DNA from: a virus
Direction: 5' to 3' (one strand)
Length of the DNA stretch: 64,000 nt
Virus record (IMG/VR): IMGVR_UViG_3300012642_000011
Coordinates: 96,001 to 160,000 of that record
Shown here: one piece after another, positions 1 through 11,524 of the stretch
How the letters are laid out: each line of letters starts with the position of its first letter
Numbering within the stretch: position 1 is the stretch's first letter
Made by a program: the position numbers and the translations under genes
Notes under the pieces: model-generated
Told to the model about the DNA's origin: nothing
Seen by the model: the letters and a program-made list of their open reading frames with translations, nothing else
Databases searched by the model: none

Positions 1-14
1 TATCTTATCTTGTC

Positions 15-548
15 ATGCTAAGAAAACAGTACAACACGAATTTCAAGCAGTTCTTCACCGTAACAGGAATCTCTTTAGTCGTCTTCATTGTCATCGCTGC
101 ACTCATTGATATCTTTACTCCCTTTACGCAATTGTTCATGGTATTGAGATCCCTCATGCTCATTCCCGGTTCTCTTCTCTTCTTCAGTCTGTTTTATAAT
201 GTCAGCATCTTCTTAAGCAATGTCATGAAAGCAAGAGACCCACAATGGATTCCCTTTAGGTTCAGATTGTCCTATGCATGGCGTGTACGTATTGCAATCG
301 TGGCTGCTGTGTTCCTTATCGTCTTGATCTATGGTGGCGAGTTTGACGCAGCCTACACGGCGAGATCTGCACTATATGCATCCCTCTTCCTTTCCCTCCT
401 AGCATTCATCAGAATGACAAGCAAAGAAGCGGATTTGAGGAAGTATGGAATACCTGACCCACGAGACATTGAGAACAAGAGAAAAACATATGAAATGAGA
501 AGTTCTCTTTCTGACAGAGGAACAAGAAGGAAAAACAAGAAACGATAA
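15..548 (+). CDS. hypothetical integral membrane protein (may be truncated at window start)
   Basis: 177-aa ORF with several hydrophobic helices and a basic C-terminus. No recognisable motif. Confidence 0.45.
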   Translation: MLRKQYNTNFKQFFTVTGISLVVFIVIAALIDIFTPFTQLFMVLRSLMLIPGSLLFFSLFYNVSIFLSNVMKARDPQWIPFRFRLSYAWRVRIAIVAAVFLIVLIYGGEFDAAYTARSALYASLFLSLLAFIRMTSKEADLRKYGIPDPRDIENKRKTYEMRSSLSDRGTRRKNKKR

Positions 549-667
549 TTAAAAACAATAAAGCACACAGGTCAACTAAAAACCTGTGTGCTTTATTGTT
601 TCATACCAAAATATGATCGTTTGCTATCATAAGAGGTGAACATAGACATCAACATGATTGGACAAGG

Positions 668-1231
668 TTGAAACACATGAAGAAATACACCAAGCCATTG
701 GTCTTTGGAGCAAGTATTGCAATGGTCGTTGCAGCATCTACTACCTCTGCCTACGCTCTGATGAATGAGATAGACAACAATGACGCTTCTACCACAAGCG
801 GAACTGTAGGCTTTAAGAGCATGCATGATAAGTTCACAGAGGCATCCTACATTAAGAACTCTCCCAAGGAAGTATTTGTCAAGACAGCATTGGATAAAGA
901 ACAAGTTCATCTTACATCTGATGGCAGTAGGGTTGCTCTCAGCGGTGAGCAACTGGTCTTCCCCAATAGTTATGAGACTAAAGAAGAGGGAGATTATGAT
1001 TTCGCCCTTGCCACGCTTGACAGCGTAGAAGACTTCATCAAGAAAGATGACGTTGACGTAGAGTACATTGGAGAGAAGACTATCCATGATGTCAAGGTCA
1101 AAGAATACTACATTGACTCACATGGACAAGGATCAACAGGAACAATGTACAAAGATGACAAGGATATCATCAGAGGATACACCTCAAAATCTGGTGAAGT
1201 TGATATCTTCATCACTGAATACAACCAGTGA
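668..1231 (+). CDS. secreted protein with N-terminal signal peptide
   Basis: MKHMKKYTKPLVFGASIAMVVAASTTSAYA signal-peptide-like N-terminus followed by an acidic mature region. Confidence 0.55.
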   Translation: MKHMKKYTKPLVFGASIAMVVAASTTSAYALMNEIDNNDASTTSGTVGFKSMHDKFTEASYIKNSPKEVFVKTALDKEQVHLTSDGSRVALSGEQLVFPNSYETKEEGDYDFALATLDSVEDFIKKDDVDVEYIGEKTIHDVKVKEYYIDSHGQGSTGTMYKDDKDIIRGYTSKSGEVDIFITEYNQ

Positions 1232-1338
1232 TCATTGTCCTATGTTCAAAACTACAACTTCATAGATAACACGAAGAAGGTGGGATAGATTTGATTTCTA
1301 TCCCACCTTCTCTGTTTCAATCAATTGTCAATTCAGCA

Positions 1339-2361
1339 TCATACTGCAGTCAACATCTTCATTTTAGATGTGGATTCAATGGCTGTATAGAACTTTGTCA
1401 CGTTAAAGGACATACGCCCATAGTCATTCCTCAACTTGTCAACTACATTAGCCAATGATTTCAGTGCTCCGTGCCTTTCATTTTCAGATGCTGACTCATC
1501 TGACACCATGTTCAACAATTGCTTTGCTGTTTTCAAAAGTTTCTTCTCTTCCCTAGAGAGAACTCCCCACTTGACTTGCTCCGCGTACTCTTTAGCCGTC
1601 TCCAACTGTGCAGCGAACTCGCTGGAAGCATGTTCTACTTCCTTGATGTCATCTGTAGTCAAAGAATCATCTGGGACATTTTTGATGAAATCGGCTTTAG
1701 AAACAGCAATCTTTTGTTTTCTAGAGAGTTCAATGATCACAGGAGAAGACATGTTAGTAAACTCGGGGTAATCAAAAGTCCATACTGGGTCAAGTTCAAT
1801 TCGTCCTCTTTCTGTGACGGTAGACTCAATAGAAGCAATTGCTCTATTCCTCCTGTCGATGAGATCATTTCTATGATTTCTCTGATTGATCTCCATCTGT
1901 TTCCTCTGGTCTCTTGCAGACATCATCTTAGGAAGATAATGAGCCATCACAAAGAAGGCAGCAACAACTGCAATCAATACAATAGCAATGCCAACAAACC
2001 ATGGAAGGAATGACCAATCTACAGGATCAGGTATAGATTCTGCTGGTGGCGGTGTTGTCTCTACTGCCGTGGCTGGTTCTTGTGTGTCTGTTTCAATGAC
2101 GCCCCCAGCAGGGTTAGCAGATTGTTTATCTTCAAGGTTTCGTACAAAAAAGAAAATAGGTAAAATTAAAAACGAGGATAATACTAAGTAAAGCATAGCA
2201 GATGCTACTTTTCCTTTGAGGACCAAATTCAAAATCATTAAAAGCCAAATAACAAGAAGTATGATGCATGTTAACCATATTAATGAACTGCCTGTTAAAA
2301 TTGCTAATAATGGTACATAGTTTGACAATGTTTCCATGGCTATGGACTTTCTGATGATCAT
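1339..2361 (-). CDS. hypothetical membrane protein
   Basis: 340-aa ORF on the minus strand with multiple TM helices and a charged coiled C-terminal half. Convergent with the upstream gene across a shared hairpin at 1275-1308. Confidence 0.5.
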   Translation of the reverse strand: MIIRKSIAMETLSNYVPLLAILTGSSLIWLTCIILLVIWLLMILNLVLKGKVASAMLYLVLSSFLILPIFFFVRNLEDKQSANPAGGVIETDTQEPATAVETTPPPAESIPDPVDWSFLPWFVGIAIVLIAVVAAFFVMAHYLPKMMSARDQRKQMEINQRNHRNDLIDRRNRAIASIESTVTERGRIELDPVWTFDYPEFTNMSSPVIIELSRKQKIAVSKADFIKNVPDDSLTTDDIKEVEHASSEFAAQLETAKEYAEQVKWGVLSREEKKLLKTAKQLLNMVSDESASENERHGALKSLANVVDKLRNDYGRMSFNVTKFYTAIESTSKMKMLTAV

Positions 2362-2789
2362 GATTTTCCCTATTTTACCAAATGCCTATTTTAACTGTTC
2401 CTATCGGGCGAAAACCTCAACACCATAGTATTTGACAACCCCATCCTACCGTGATACAATAACGAAGTATTACATCAACGATATGAGTGTATGAAAAGAG
2501 GTGGGTGTCATGTCTGCAATGCTTATAAGAGTGAACAGCACATTGCTCTCATTGACGACGCTCTCTTCTAGAAGCCTTGATTCTGGCATCATGCCATGCT
2601 CATTGCCATGCTTGGAAAAAATTGGTAAGACAATTGTAGCCACGCATAGCAATACATGGGGAACATGGGCCAAAACAAGAACAAAATTAAATACAAAAAA
2701 CAAAATAGAAAAGCATCACAGAGATAAGAAGAAAATATCTCCTGTGGTGCTTTTCTACATCCGAAAGAAAGAAAACAAGGAGAATCCTC

Positions 2790-3182
2790 GTGAAAAGAAC
2801 ATCCCTCATCAACGCATTCGGCAATATCCTTCCAACATCTGTGGCAGAGACAACCGAAACTTTTGAACACCTAATCAATGCCAGCAGAGGACATGATCTG
2901 TCCTCTATTGACCCGAAGCAATTATTCGACTTGGCTGAAACCCAAGAAGTTGAATCATCATGGGTGACCAAGAGTTCTATTACTAACGCACATGAAGTAC
3001 ATACAGAAATCTTAGACAGAGCAAACAACACGATTGAATATAGGATTTATACAGGCTTTAGTAATGAAACTGTAGCAGATGAAGATAATAATTTCACTTA
3101 CTATGATCCAAGTGAATGTAGGTTCACCCACAAAGAAGCGACCAAAGTCAACGAAGAGATCAAGAAACTCGTTGCTTTTTGA
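2790..3182 (+). CDS. hypothetical protein (GTG start)
   Basis: GTG start with AAGGAG 7 nt upstream. 130 aa. Confidence 0.4.
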   Translation: MKRTSLINAFGNILPTSVAETTETFEHLINASRGHDLSSIDPKQLFDLAETQEVESSWVTKSSITNAHEVHTEILDRANNTIEYRIYTGFSNETVADEDNNFTYYDPSECRFTHKEATKVNEEIKKLVAF

Positions 3183-3199
3183 GAAAGAGAGATATATCA

Positions 3200-3547
3200 A
3201 TGCCTACCGATACAAGGTGCGGGGACACGTTATGCGAATGCTGTTACCCAGAAAACATTGAAGAACCAGAAGGATGCCTCAAGATCATCCCTGTAAGCAA
3301 AGAAGAAACAATGTTAGCAATGATGACATCAGTATACTTGTGCATTCATATTGAAGCAAACGGGAATACACACATTAAAGGAAAGATCTGTTTAAAGAAT
3401 GGAAAATCAGGATTTGACAAAGAAGACTTTGTTTTCATTCACTCCAACAATAGACGATATCCTGACAACATCACAATGAGCGAATCAGCAATCGATATCG
3501 TGAAGTACGTGGCAGCATATAGGACAAGGAAAAAACTATCAGTTTGA
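3200..3547 (+). CDS. hypothetical Cys-rich protein
   Basis: ATG-start ORF MPTDTRCGDTLCECC... inside the 3179-3547 track ORF. Confidence 0.35.
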   Translation: MPTDTRCGDTLCECCYPENIEEPEGCLKIIPVSKEETMLAMMTSVYLCIHIEANGNTHIKGKICLKNGKSGFDKEDFVFIHSNNRRYPDNITMSESAIDIVKYVAAYRTRKKLSV

Positions 3548-3688
3548 TAAGATAATAAAACTGTTTCTTAGAGATACGAAAAAGAAATAATATACATACT
3601 TCAATCCGTTGAGAGTAGAGAGGGTATGTATTGTAATCATGTATGCAAACATACGAGTTTATTTTAAATTGAGCATAACAGGAGATAG

Positions 3689-4663
<975 letters not shown>

Positions 4664-4680
4664 TTGATAGAAATTGGTAA

Positions 4681-4722
4681 GATCCTGTGAACATGGTCAA
4701 CTCATGTTCACAGGATCTTACT
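4681..4722 (+). terminator. rho-independent terminator-like hairpin after nrdF
   Basis: Inverted repeat aagatcctgtgaacatg...catgttcacaggatctt followed by acttttgct. Confidence 0.5.
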
Positions 4723-4745
4723 TTTGCTCAAGGAGACATTATAGA

Positions 4746-6407
4746 ATGAGAATCAGGAATACAGAGGACTTCATTCAAAGAGCAAAAAGTATTCATGGGG
4801 ACAGGTTTGACTACTCTCCAACGCAGTACACTAAACTCAAAGAAAAAGTGATCATCATCTGTCCTGATCATGGTGAATTCTCTACTTACCCTAACACACA
4901 TTTGGGAAGCAAAGGTGGTACAGGGTGCAAAGAATGCGCTATGGCAACAAGAAGAATGTCTCCTGAAGAGTATATTCAAAAGGCAAAAGAAATCCATGGG
5001 GATAAATTTGATTACTCCCAGACGAGATTTACCAAAATGGCTGACCAGATCACTGTTCTTTGCAGAGAACATGGCGAGTTCACCCAGAATGCTCAAAATC
5101 ATTTACGAGGAATGAACGGTTGCTCTGAATGCAATGGGCAAAGTGTGATCTCTGTACAAGAATATGTCACAAGAGCAAAAGAGAAACATGGAGATCGATT
5201 TGATTACTCCAAAGTGATGCAATTCAAGAACCTTCATGAGAAAATCACTGTCATCTGTAATGAGCACCGTGAATCCTATAGGATTGAAGCCAACTCTCAC
5301 TTAAGAGGAAACAACGGCTGTAGAAAATGTAATAAATATGCCCCATATGATACTGCCAAGTTTGACAACAAGATACAATCTCATGGATCTGGCAGGTATG
5401 ATTACTCCAAGGTTGACTTGAGTTCCTTCAATGTTAAAACATCTTCTCCTATCATCTGCACAATAGATGATCATGGCACATTCTATCAGTCCTTTGATGC
5501 TCACTTTGCTGGCAAGGAAGGGTGTCGTAAATGTGATGAAGCAGGGACATCTAAGCGGGAGAAGGAATTCATTGAATTCATTATGGATGTCTATGATGGC
5601 AGAATCATCACTAATGATAGGAAAGTTCTCAACGGAAAGGAACTTGACATCTATCTTCCAGAGATCAATGTAGCCATTGAATTTAATGGTATTTATTGGC
5701 ATCAGGAAAAATTCTCGGGGAAGAAAAAGCACTCTGAAAAATATTGGGCATGCCATGATCAAGGGATCAGATTGTTAACTGTGTGGGAGGATGATTGGAA
5801 TAATAAGAAAGAGATTGTCAAGAAGCATGTTCAGCATGTGATGGGAATTAATAATCAGAGAAGAATTTATGCAAGGAATACGAATGTCAGCATAGTGGAC
5901 AGGTGGGAAGCATCAGCATTCCATGAGAGTAATCACATTCAAGGATCAGTGAGTGCTTCTGAACATTGGGGTCTGAAAGACAAGGGATCAGGCGTTCTTG
6001 TAGCAATTGCATCCTTCAAGAAGGCAAAGAATGGTTACATATTGGAGAGGTATTCTACGTCTGAACATGTCATTGGTGGTCATTCTAAAATAGTCAAAGC
6101 ATTCATGAAAGAGCATCCGAATTCTATGCTAACGACGTTTGCTGATTTATCTTTTTCTGATGGTGGTTTGTATGAGAAAACAGGATGGATTCAGGATAAG
6201 ATATTGCCTCCTGATTATTACTACATCTTCAGGAATGAGAGGAAGCATAAGTTCGGTTTCAGGAAGAAGAGGTTTAAGAATGATCCTTCGCTTTTTTATG
6301 ATGAATCTTTAACTGAATCACAGTTGGCTCATATCAATGGGATTCAGAGAGTTTATGATTGTGGTAAGATACGTTTTACGTTTCCTTTTCATCAAGACAG
6401 ACCCTGA
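4746..6407 (+). CDS. homing-endonuclease-like protein: N-terminal tandem zinc-ribbon repeats plus Vsr/DUF559-like PD-(D/E)XK core (paralog 1 of 4)
   Basis: Four repeats of the HGD(R/K)FDYS...C..HGEF...H..G..GC..C module. Then ELDIYLPEINVAIEFNGIYWH...GIRLLTVWEDDW, and a C-terminal domain shared with 44348, 47917 and 52738. SD caaggag precedes the ATG at 4746. Inserted between nrdF and nrdE. Confidence 0.7.
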   Translation: MRIRNTEDFIQRAKSIHGDRFDYSPTQYTKLKEKVIIICPDHGEFSTYPNTHLGSKGGTGCKECAMATRRMSPEEYIQKAKEIHGDKFDYSQTRFTKMADQITVLCREHGEFTQNAQNHLRGMNGCSECNGQSVISVQEYVTRAKEKHGDRFDYSKVMQFKNLHEKITVICNEHRESYRIEANSHLRGNNGCRKCNKYAPYDTAKFDNKIQSHGSGRYDYSKVDLSSFNVKTSSPIICTIDDHGTFYQSFDAHFAGKEGCRKCDEAGTSKREKEFIEFIMDVYDGRIITNDRKVLNGKELDIYLPEINVAIEFNGIYWHQEKFSGKKKHSEKYWACHDQGIRLLTVWEDDWNNKKEIVKKHVQHVMGINNQRRIYARNTNVSIVDRWEASAFHESNHIQGSVSASEHWGLKDKGSGVLVAIASFKKAKNGYILERYSTSEHVIGGHSKIVKAFMKEHPNSMLTTFADLSFSDGGLYEKTGWIQDKILPPDYYYIFRNERKHKFGFRKKRFKNDPSLFYDESLTESQLAHINGIQRVYDCGKIRFTFPFHQDRP

Positions 6408-6717
6408 ATTTTAATTGTTCGTTGAGAGAAAATTCATGTGTATTATCTCACATCGAAATTATCCATGATGGAAGAACAGCATGAAATCAATGGTTGCTTA
6501 ACAGGTAATGGTGATATAGGAAGTTATGAGAGGAATATTTTTAAACTACTCTTGTTAGAATATACTCCGACAACAAAATAAAAAGAAAAAGTACGGCATC
6601 ATGTCGATGATGCTCATGTGTGACCTACGTAAGTGCTGTTTTCGTGGGTCATTTTTTACCCCAAGCATTGATTACCAATGCCCATAGACTTTAAAACACG
6701 ACACAAGGAGGACAAGT

Positions 6718-9700
6718 ATGTCTGAATTCAATGGAACAACCCACGACAAAGAAGAGAACGTGGATTACCATGAGTTGAACGCCCAGGTGAAACTGATGGG
6801 TGAAGATGGAAAACTTCAGTTGCATAAGGACAAAGAGGCAGCCAGAGCATTCTTCCTCCACCATGTCAATGAGAACACAGTGTTCTTCCACGATCTTGAA
6901 GAGAAACTGGATTACCTCTTCAAGAATGACTACTACGAGAAGGAACTCTTCGACAAGTATGACTTCGATTTCGTGAAGTCACTTTACAAGAAGGCATACG
7001 CTTACAAGTTCCGTTTCCCATCCTTCATGGGAGCATTCAAGTACTACACATCCTATACTCTGAAGACATTCGACGGCAAGAGATATCTTGAACGCTATGA
7101 GGATAGGGTTGTCGTTGTTGCTCTTTACCTTGCTGATGGTGACGAGGATGCTGCAGAGCACTTGCTTGATGAGATGATGGGCGGACGTTTCCAGCCTGCC
7201 ACTCCAACCTTCTTGAATGCAGGAAAGAAGCAGCGTGGTGAGATGGTGTCGTGTTTCGAAGGCGATACACCAATTTCTACACCCCATGGTGAAATTACAA
7301 TCTCCAACATTGTTGAGGGGGATTCAGTTTACACACACGATGGCAGCGTGCAAAAGGTAACAGGAGTTATGTCTCGTGAGGAAAGTGACGGAATAGTTTC
7401 TCTTACTGTTATTGGACAAAAAGAAAAGTTCTCTTCTACTAAAGAGCACCCTGTCCTTGTTTACAGAAAAAACTCATCTCAAGACACCTTAATTGATGGT
7501 GATGGAAGTACTGAGAATGTAAAGTGGATTGCAGCGGGAGAAGTTCTTCCTGGTGATTTCATTGCTCTGTCTGTTCCAAGAAGAAGTTCCGAATCTGTTT
7601 CAGAACTGAAGATTTCAGATTACGTTAAAACGCCATCTACATGGGGTAGGACTCTTGATGTTGATGTAGAAAACGATCTTGTTTACATTGGATCAATCGA
7701 CAAGAAAAACAATAAAAAGAAGGGGTCTAATGTTTTAAAGAACTCATATTCTTTGAAAAACACCATCTCTGTGAACGAAGATTTCGGACGACTTGTAGGA
7801 TACTACATTTCTGAGGGATATGCTCATTACACGAATGGGGTAAATAAGGGAATTCGATTCACTTTCGGATCAAAAGAAGATATCTTTATCAAGGATACCG
7901 TCAATCTGATTGAAAGAATCTTCGGCTTTACGCCTACTGTGAGAGAAAACGTAGATGGCTCAACGAATGTGGCTGCTTGGTCTCAAATTATGGGAGAATT
8001 CTTTGTTTCCCTTATCGGAACTGGATTTAATAAGAAGAGGTTGAACACTCTTCTACTTGATGCTTCTGATGAATTCCTCAAAGGTATGCTTGTAGGATGC
8101 TTCAGAGGGGATGGAACAGTCCTTGACAGAAGCGCAGAAGTCTCTTTGTCCAACCCTGAGATTATTTCTCAATTAAGAACTGCTGCTTTGAGGATTGGAC
8201 TTCTTCCGTATGAGAGAACCTTCTTCAGTGCTTCAGGGTCACCTACATCCACCTTGAAGATTCCTGCTATCAGCGAAAACAATGTTGACTTCATTAAATA
8301 CATTGATAAAAATGCAGATAGATTTGATGGTGTACTTGCCTCTGATCAGTTTAGATTTGCAAGGATCATTGATGGATACGTAATGTATAAAGTAAAGGCA
8401 TCTTCATTCGAAGAAAAAACTACTACTGTTTACAATCTTGAAGTAGAGAACAATCATACCTATGTAGCAAGAGGGTACATTGCTCACAACTGCTTCCTCT
8501 TGAGAACAGAAGACAACCTTGAATCCATTGCAAGAAACATTACCAACGCTTTGCAGTTGTCTAAGCGTGGTGGCGGTGTTGCTTTGAACCTCACCAACGT
8601 TCGTGAGCAGGGTGCTCCTATTAAGAACATTGAGGGACAGTCCTCTGGAATCATTCCTGTCATGAAACTTCTTGAGGATTCATTCTCCTATGCTAACCAG
8701 TTGGGAGCACGTCAGGGAGCAGGTGCAGTGTACTTGAACGCACACCACCCTGACATCATGAGATTCCTTGACACTAAGCGTGAGAACGCAGATGAGAAGA
8801 TCAGGATTAAGACACTTTCCATTGGTATTGTCATTCCTGACATCACTTTTGAACTTGCTAAGCGCAATGATGACATGTATCTGTTCTCACCTTATGATGT
8901 TGAGAAATTCTACGGTAAGCCTTTCAGTGACATCGATATCACGGAAGAGTACTACGATATGGTAGATAACCCCAAGATCCGTAAGCAAAAGATTAAAGCA
9001 CGTTCACTCTTCCAGACCATTGCTGAGCTACAGTTTGAGTCAGGATACCCCTACCTCATGTTTGAGGACAACGTAAACGCGCAGTCACAGTTGGATGGAA
9101 AGGTTACACATTCCAACCTCTGCGTCACAGCAGAGACACAGTTGCTTACAGATTCAGGAAACGTCCGTGCAGGAGACCTCTTTGAATCACAAAATTCCTT
9201 CAACGTCATCGTTGATGAGAGAGCACGTACTATGGATCTTGATGCAGACGGAGTAGCCAGTGTTACATCAACCAAGATGTTCAAGACAGCAGAGAATACT
9301 CCTGTGTTCAAAATGTCCACTATTGAGGGGTATGAGTTAAGAGCAACAGAGTACCATAAGATCTACGTGGAGCGTAAGGACGAGAATGATGATCCTATCC
9401 TTGTGAAGATCCCCTTGGGTGAGGTCAAGCCAGGTGACAAAGTTCTCATTCAACCATCAGAGGGTGCATACGGACACGTTCACAAGCCTGATCTTGCATT
9501 CATTGCAGGATTCATTGCAGGTGAGGGTTCTCTTGTAGAGGACAAGGACTCTAAGTACTCACCATCTGCAAGACTGACAATCAAGCCAAAGAATAAGTCA
9601 GAGATCAGCAAGATCAATAAGATCGTGGAGAACATCTTCTACAGTGATGATGCCATTGGTCTCGTTGATGAGTCCACACGTATTCCTACTTTCACTGAAA

Positions 9701-11298
9701 GCGAGAAGTACAATAAATGGACGCTTTCTTCTACAATCCTTGCGGAAATCCTTAAAAACAATGATTTCACTAAGGATAATAAGGAGATTGTCCCTGACTT
9801 CGTACTCAGAGGAGACAGGTCAACACAGGTTGGCTACCTTTCGGGTCTCTATCAGGCAGATGGTTGCATTACAGGAACATCAAAGTCTGCAACCATTGAA
9901 CTGACTTCCACAAATAGGGAACTTCTCCTTGAAGTTCAGAGGATGCTATTGAACATGAACGTGTTCACTAGGCTGTACCTCTCCCGCAAGGCAGGTAAGG
10001 ATACCCTTCCTGATAGCAAGGGCGGAGAGAAGGAGTATGATGTAGCAGAAGTGTGGAATCTGAAGGCATCTGCACAGGCTGAAGTCGTTGCTCTCTATGA
10101 ACTTCTGAACTGGACAGACAGGCAGCAGAAAGCATGGCAGGAAAAGTCATTGGTATGGGATAAGAACAGAACACCATACAGCACACACCGCTACAAGGCT
10201 GTTGTCAGAGACATTGTTCCTGACGGTGTAGAGGATGTATATGATGTCACTGTAGAAGATGGTCACTCCATTATCTTCAATGGCATTGTCACAGGAAACT
10301 GTTCTGAAATTCTTCAGGTCTCAACTCCGTCAACATTTAATGAAGATGGAAACTATGACCACGTTGGAAGAGACATCTCCTGTAACCTCGCCTCTCTCAA
10401 TGTTGCCAACATGTTTGATTCACCTGATTTTGGTCAGTCAGTGGAAACAGCAGTACGTGCGCTCACAGTAGTGTCAGAACTGTCCAACATCTCATCTGCT
10501 CCATCCATTGAGCGTGGAAACCAGTTGAGTCATGCTATTGGTCTGGGTGCAATGAACCTTCACGGATTCTTTGCACGTGAGCACATCTATTACGCATCTG
10601 AGGAAGCAGTAGACTTCACCAACTTGTACTTCATGTCAGTACGTTACTACGCTATGAAGGCATCCAACAAGATGGCAAAGGAGAAGGGAAAGACATTCTT
10701 CGAGTTTGAGAAGTCAAAGTATGCTACAGGTGAGTTCTTCGACATGTACACAAACGGTCAGTACTCAGAAGTCAAGACTGAGAAGGTCAAAGAACTTCTG
10801 AAGAAGACAAGTATGCATGTGCCTACTGCTGAAGACTGGAAGCAGTTGAAGGAAGATGTGATGAGAGATGGTCTATATAATGCGTACCTGATCGCTGTTG
10901 CGCCAACAGGAAGCATCAGTTACATTTCTTATTCTACTTCTTCTATCCATCCTGTTGCTCAGAACATTGAGGCAAGGAAGGAAGGAAAGATTGGTAGAGT
11001 CTTCTACCCACAGCCATACTTGAGTGAGGAAACTCTGCCTTACTACGCTGATGCATACAAGGTAGGAACTGAAGCCATCATTGATGTGTATGCTGCTGCT
11101 ACACCTCACATTGATCAGGGTGCTTCTTTGACTCTCTTTGTGACTGATGAGGCCACAACCAGAGATCTCAATAAGGCATACATTTATGCATGGAGGAAGG
11201 GTATCAAGACGATTTACTACGTCCGTGTACGTCCTTCCACACTTGCAGGAACAGAGGTTGAGGATGCAAACTCTTACTGTGAGTCATGTCAGGTCTGA
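6718..11298 (+). CDS. nrdE: ribonucleotide reductase class Ib large subunit (NrdE) carrying two inteins
   Basis: NrdE N-terminus. Conserved PTFLNAGKKQRGEMVS | intein | CFLLRTEDN and HSNL | intein | CSEILQV junctions. SD aaggagg upstream. Roughly 720-aa extein after excision. Confidence 0.92.
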   Translation: MSEFNGTTHDKEENVDYHELNAQVKLMGEDGKLQLHKDKEAARAFFLHHVNENTVFFHDLEEKLDYLFKNDYYEKELFDKYDFDFVKSLYKKAYAYKFRFPSFMGAFKYYTSYTLKTFDGKRYLERYEDRVVVVALYLADGDEDAAEHLLDEMMGGRFQPATPTFLNAGKKQRGEMVSCFEGDTPISTPHGEITISNIVEGDSVYTHDGSVQKVTGVMSREESDGIVSLTVIGQKEKFSSTKEHPVLVYRKNSSQDTLIDGDGSTENVKWIAAGEVLPGDFIALSVPRRSSESVSELKISDYVKTPSTWGRTLDVDVENDLVYIGSIDKKNNKKKGSNVLKNSYSLKNTISVNEDFGRLVGYYISEGYAHYTNGVNKGIRFTFGSKEDIFIKDTVNLIERIFGFTPTVRENVDGSTNVAAWSQIMGEFFVSLIGTGFNKKRLNTLLLDASDEFLKGMLVGCFRGDGTVLDRSAEVSLSNPEIISQLRTAALRIGLLPYERTFFSASGSPTSTLKIPAISENNVDFIKYIDKNADRFDGVLASDQFRFARIIDGYVMYKVKASSFEEKTTTVYNLEVENNHTYVARGYIAHNCFLLRTEDNLESIARNITNALQLSKRGGGVALNLTNVREQGAPIKNIEGQSSGIIPVMKLLEDSFSYANQLGARQGAGAVYLNAHHPDIMRFLDTKRENADEKIRIKTLSIGIVIPDITFELAKRNDDMYLFSPYDVEKFYGKPFSDIDITEEYYDMVDNPKIRKQKIKARSLFQTIAELQFESGYPYLMFEDNVNAQSQLDGKVTHSNLCVTAETQLLTDSGNVRAGDLFESQNSFNVIVDERARTMDLDADGVASVTSTKMFKTAENTPVFKMSTIEGYELRATEYHKIYVERKDENDDPILVKIPLGEVKPGDKVLIQPSEGAYGHVHKPDLAFIAGFIAGEGSLVEDKDSKYSPSARLTIKPKNKSEISKINKIVENIFYSDDAIGLVDESTRIPTFTESEKYNKWTLSSTILAEILKNNDFTKDNKEIVPDFVLRGDRSTQVGYLSGLYQADGCITGTSKSATIELTSTNRELLLEVQRMLLNMNVFTRLYLSRKAGKDTLPDSKGGEKEYDVAEVWNLKASAQAEVVALYELLNWTDRQQKAWQEKSLVWDKNRTPYSTHRYKAVVRDIVPDGVEDVYDVTVEDGHSIIFNGIVTGNCSEILQVSTPSTFNEDGNYDHVGRDISCNLASLNVANMFDSPDFGQSVETAVRALTVVSELSNISSAPSIERGNQLSHAIGLGAMNLHGFFAREHIYYASEEAVDFTNLYFMSVRYYAMKASNKMAKEKGKTFFEFEKSKYATGEFFDMYTNGQYSEVKTEKVKELLKKTSMHVPTAEDWKQLKEDVMRDGLYNAYLIAVAPTGSISYISYSTSSIHPVAQNIEARKEGKIGRVFYPQPYLSEETLPYYADAYKVGTEAIIDVYAAATPHIDQGASLTLFVTDEATTRDLNKAYIYAWRKGIKTIYYVRVRPSTLAGTEVEDANSYCESCQV
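7252..8490 (+). mobile_element. intein 1 in NrdE (413 aa, with LAGLIDADG homing endonuclease)
   Basis: Starts CFEGDTPI and ends YIAHN before extein CFLL. Internal LAGLIDADG-like motifs LVGYYISEGYA and LVGCFRGDGTV. Confidence 0.8.
9121..10299 (+). mobile_element. intein 2 in NrdE (393 aa, with LAGLIDADG homing endonuclease)
   Basis: Starts CVTAETQLLTDSG and ends IVTGN before extein CSEILQV. Motifs IAGFIAGEGSL and YLSGLYQADGCI. Confidence 0.75.
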
Positions 11299-11348
11299 TC
11301 TATTTTAAATAGATAGATGTAAACTTGATGACAATTGAATAATAAGGT

Positions 11349-11390
11349 GAAAGAGGGTGAGAATCTAATTCTCACCCTCTTTTGCGTATA
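11349..11390 (+). terminator. terminator after nrdE
   Basis: aagagggtgagaatctaattctcaccctctt hairpin followed by a T-rich tail. Confidence 0.6.
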
Positions 11391-11524
11391 CACAACTTCG
11401 CTTCTTTTGCAGAAATGATTTCCTAGTCCATGCTGGATCGGGGTTGATTGGCATCAATAGTTTAGATCGTGTGTGAGATTAGAGAATCATCATGTGTGTT
11501 CATCTGAAAACATGGGGAGGGATA

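Noticed and set aside
6408-6717. Possible NrdR box or riboswitch upstream of nrdE
   Set aside because: Only a short hairpin, gcatcatgtcgatgatgc, was seen. No 16-bp NrdR-type palindrome or B12-riboswitch core could be identified by eye.
7037-7310. Minus-strand ORFs inside nrdE
   Set aside because: They are antisense to a confidently assigned conserved gene.
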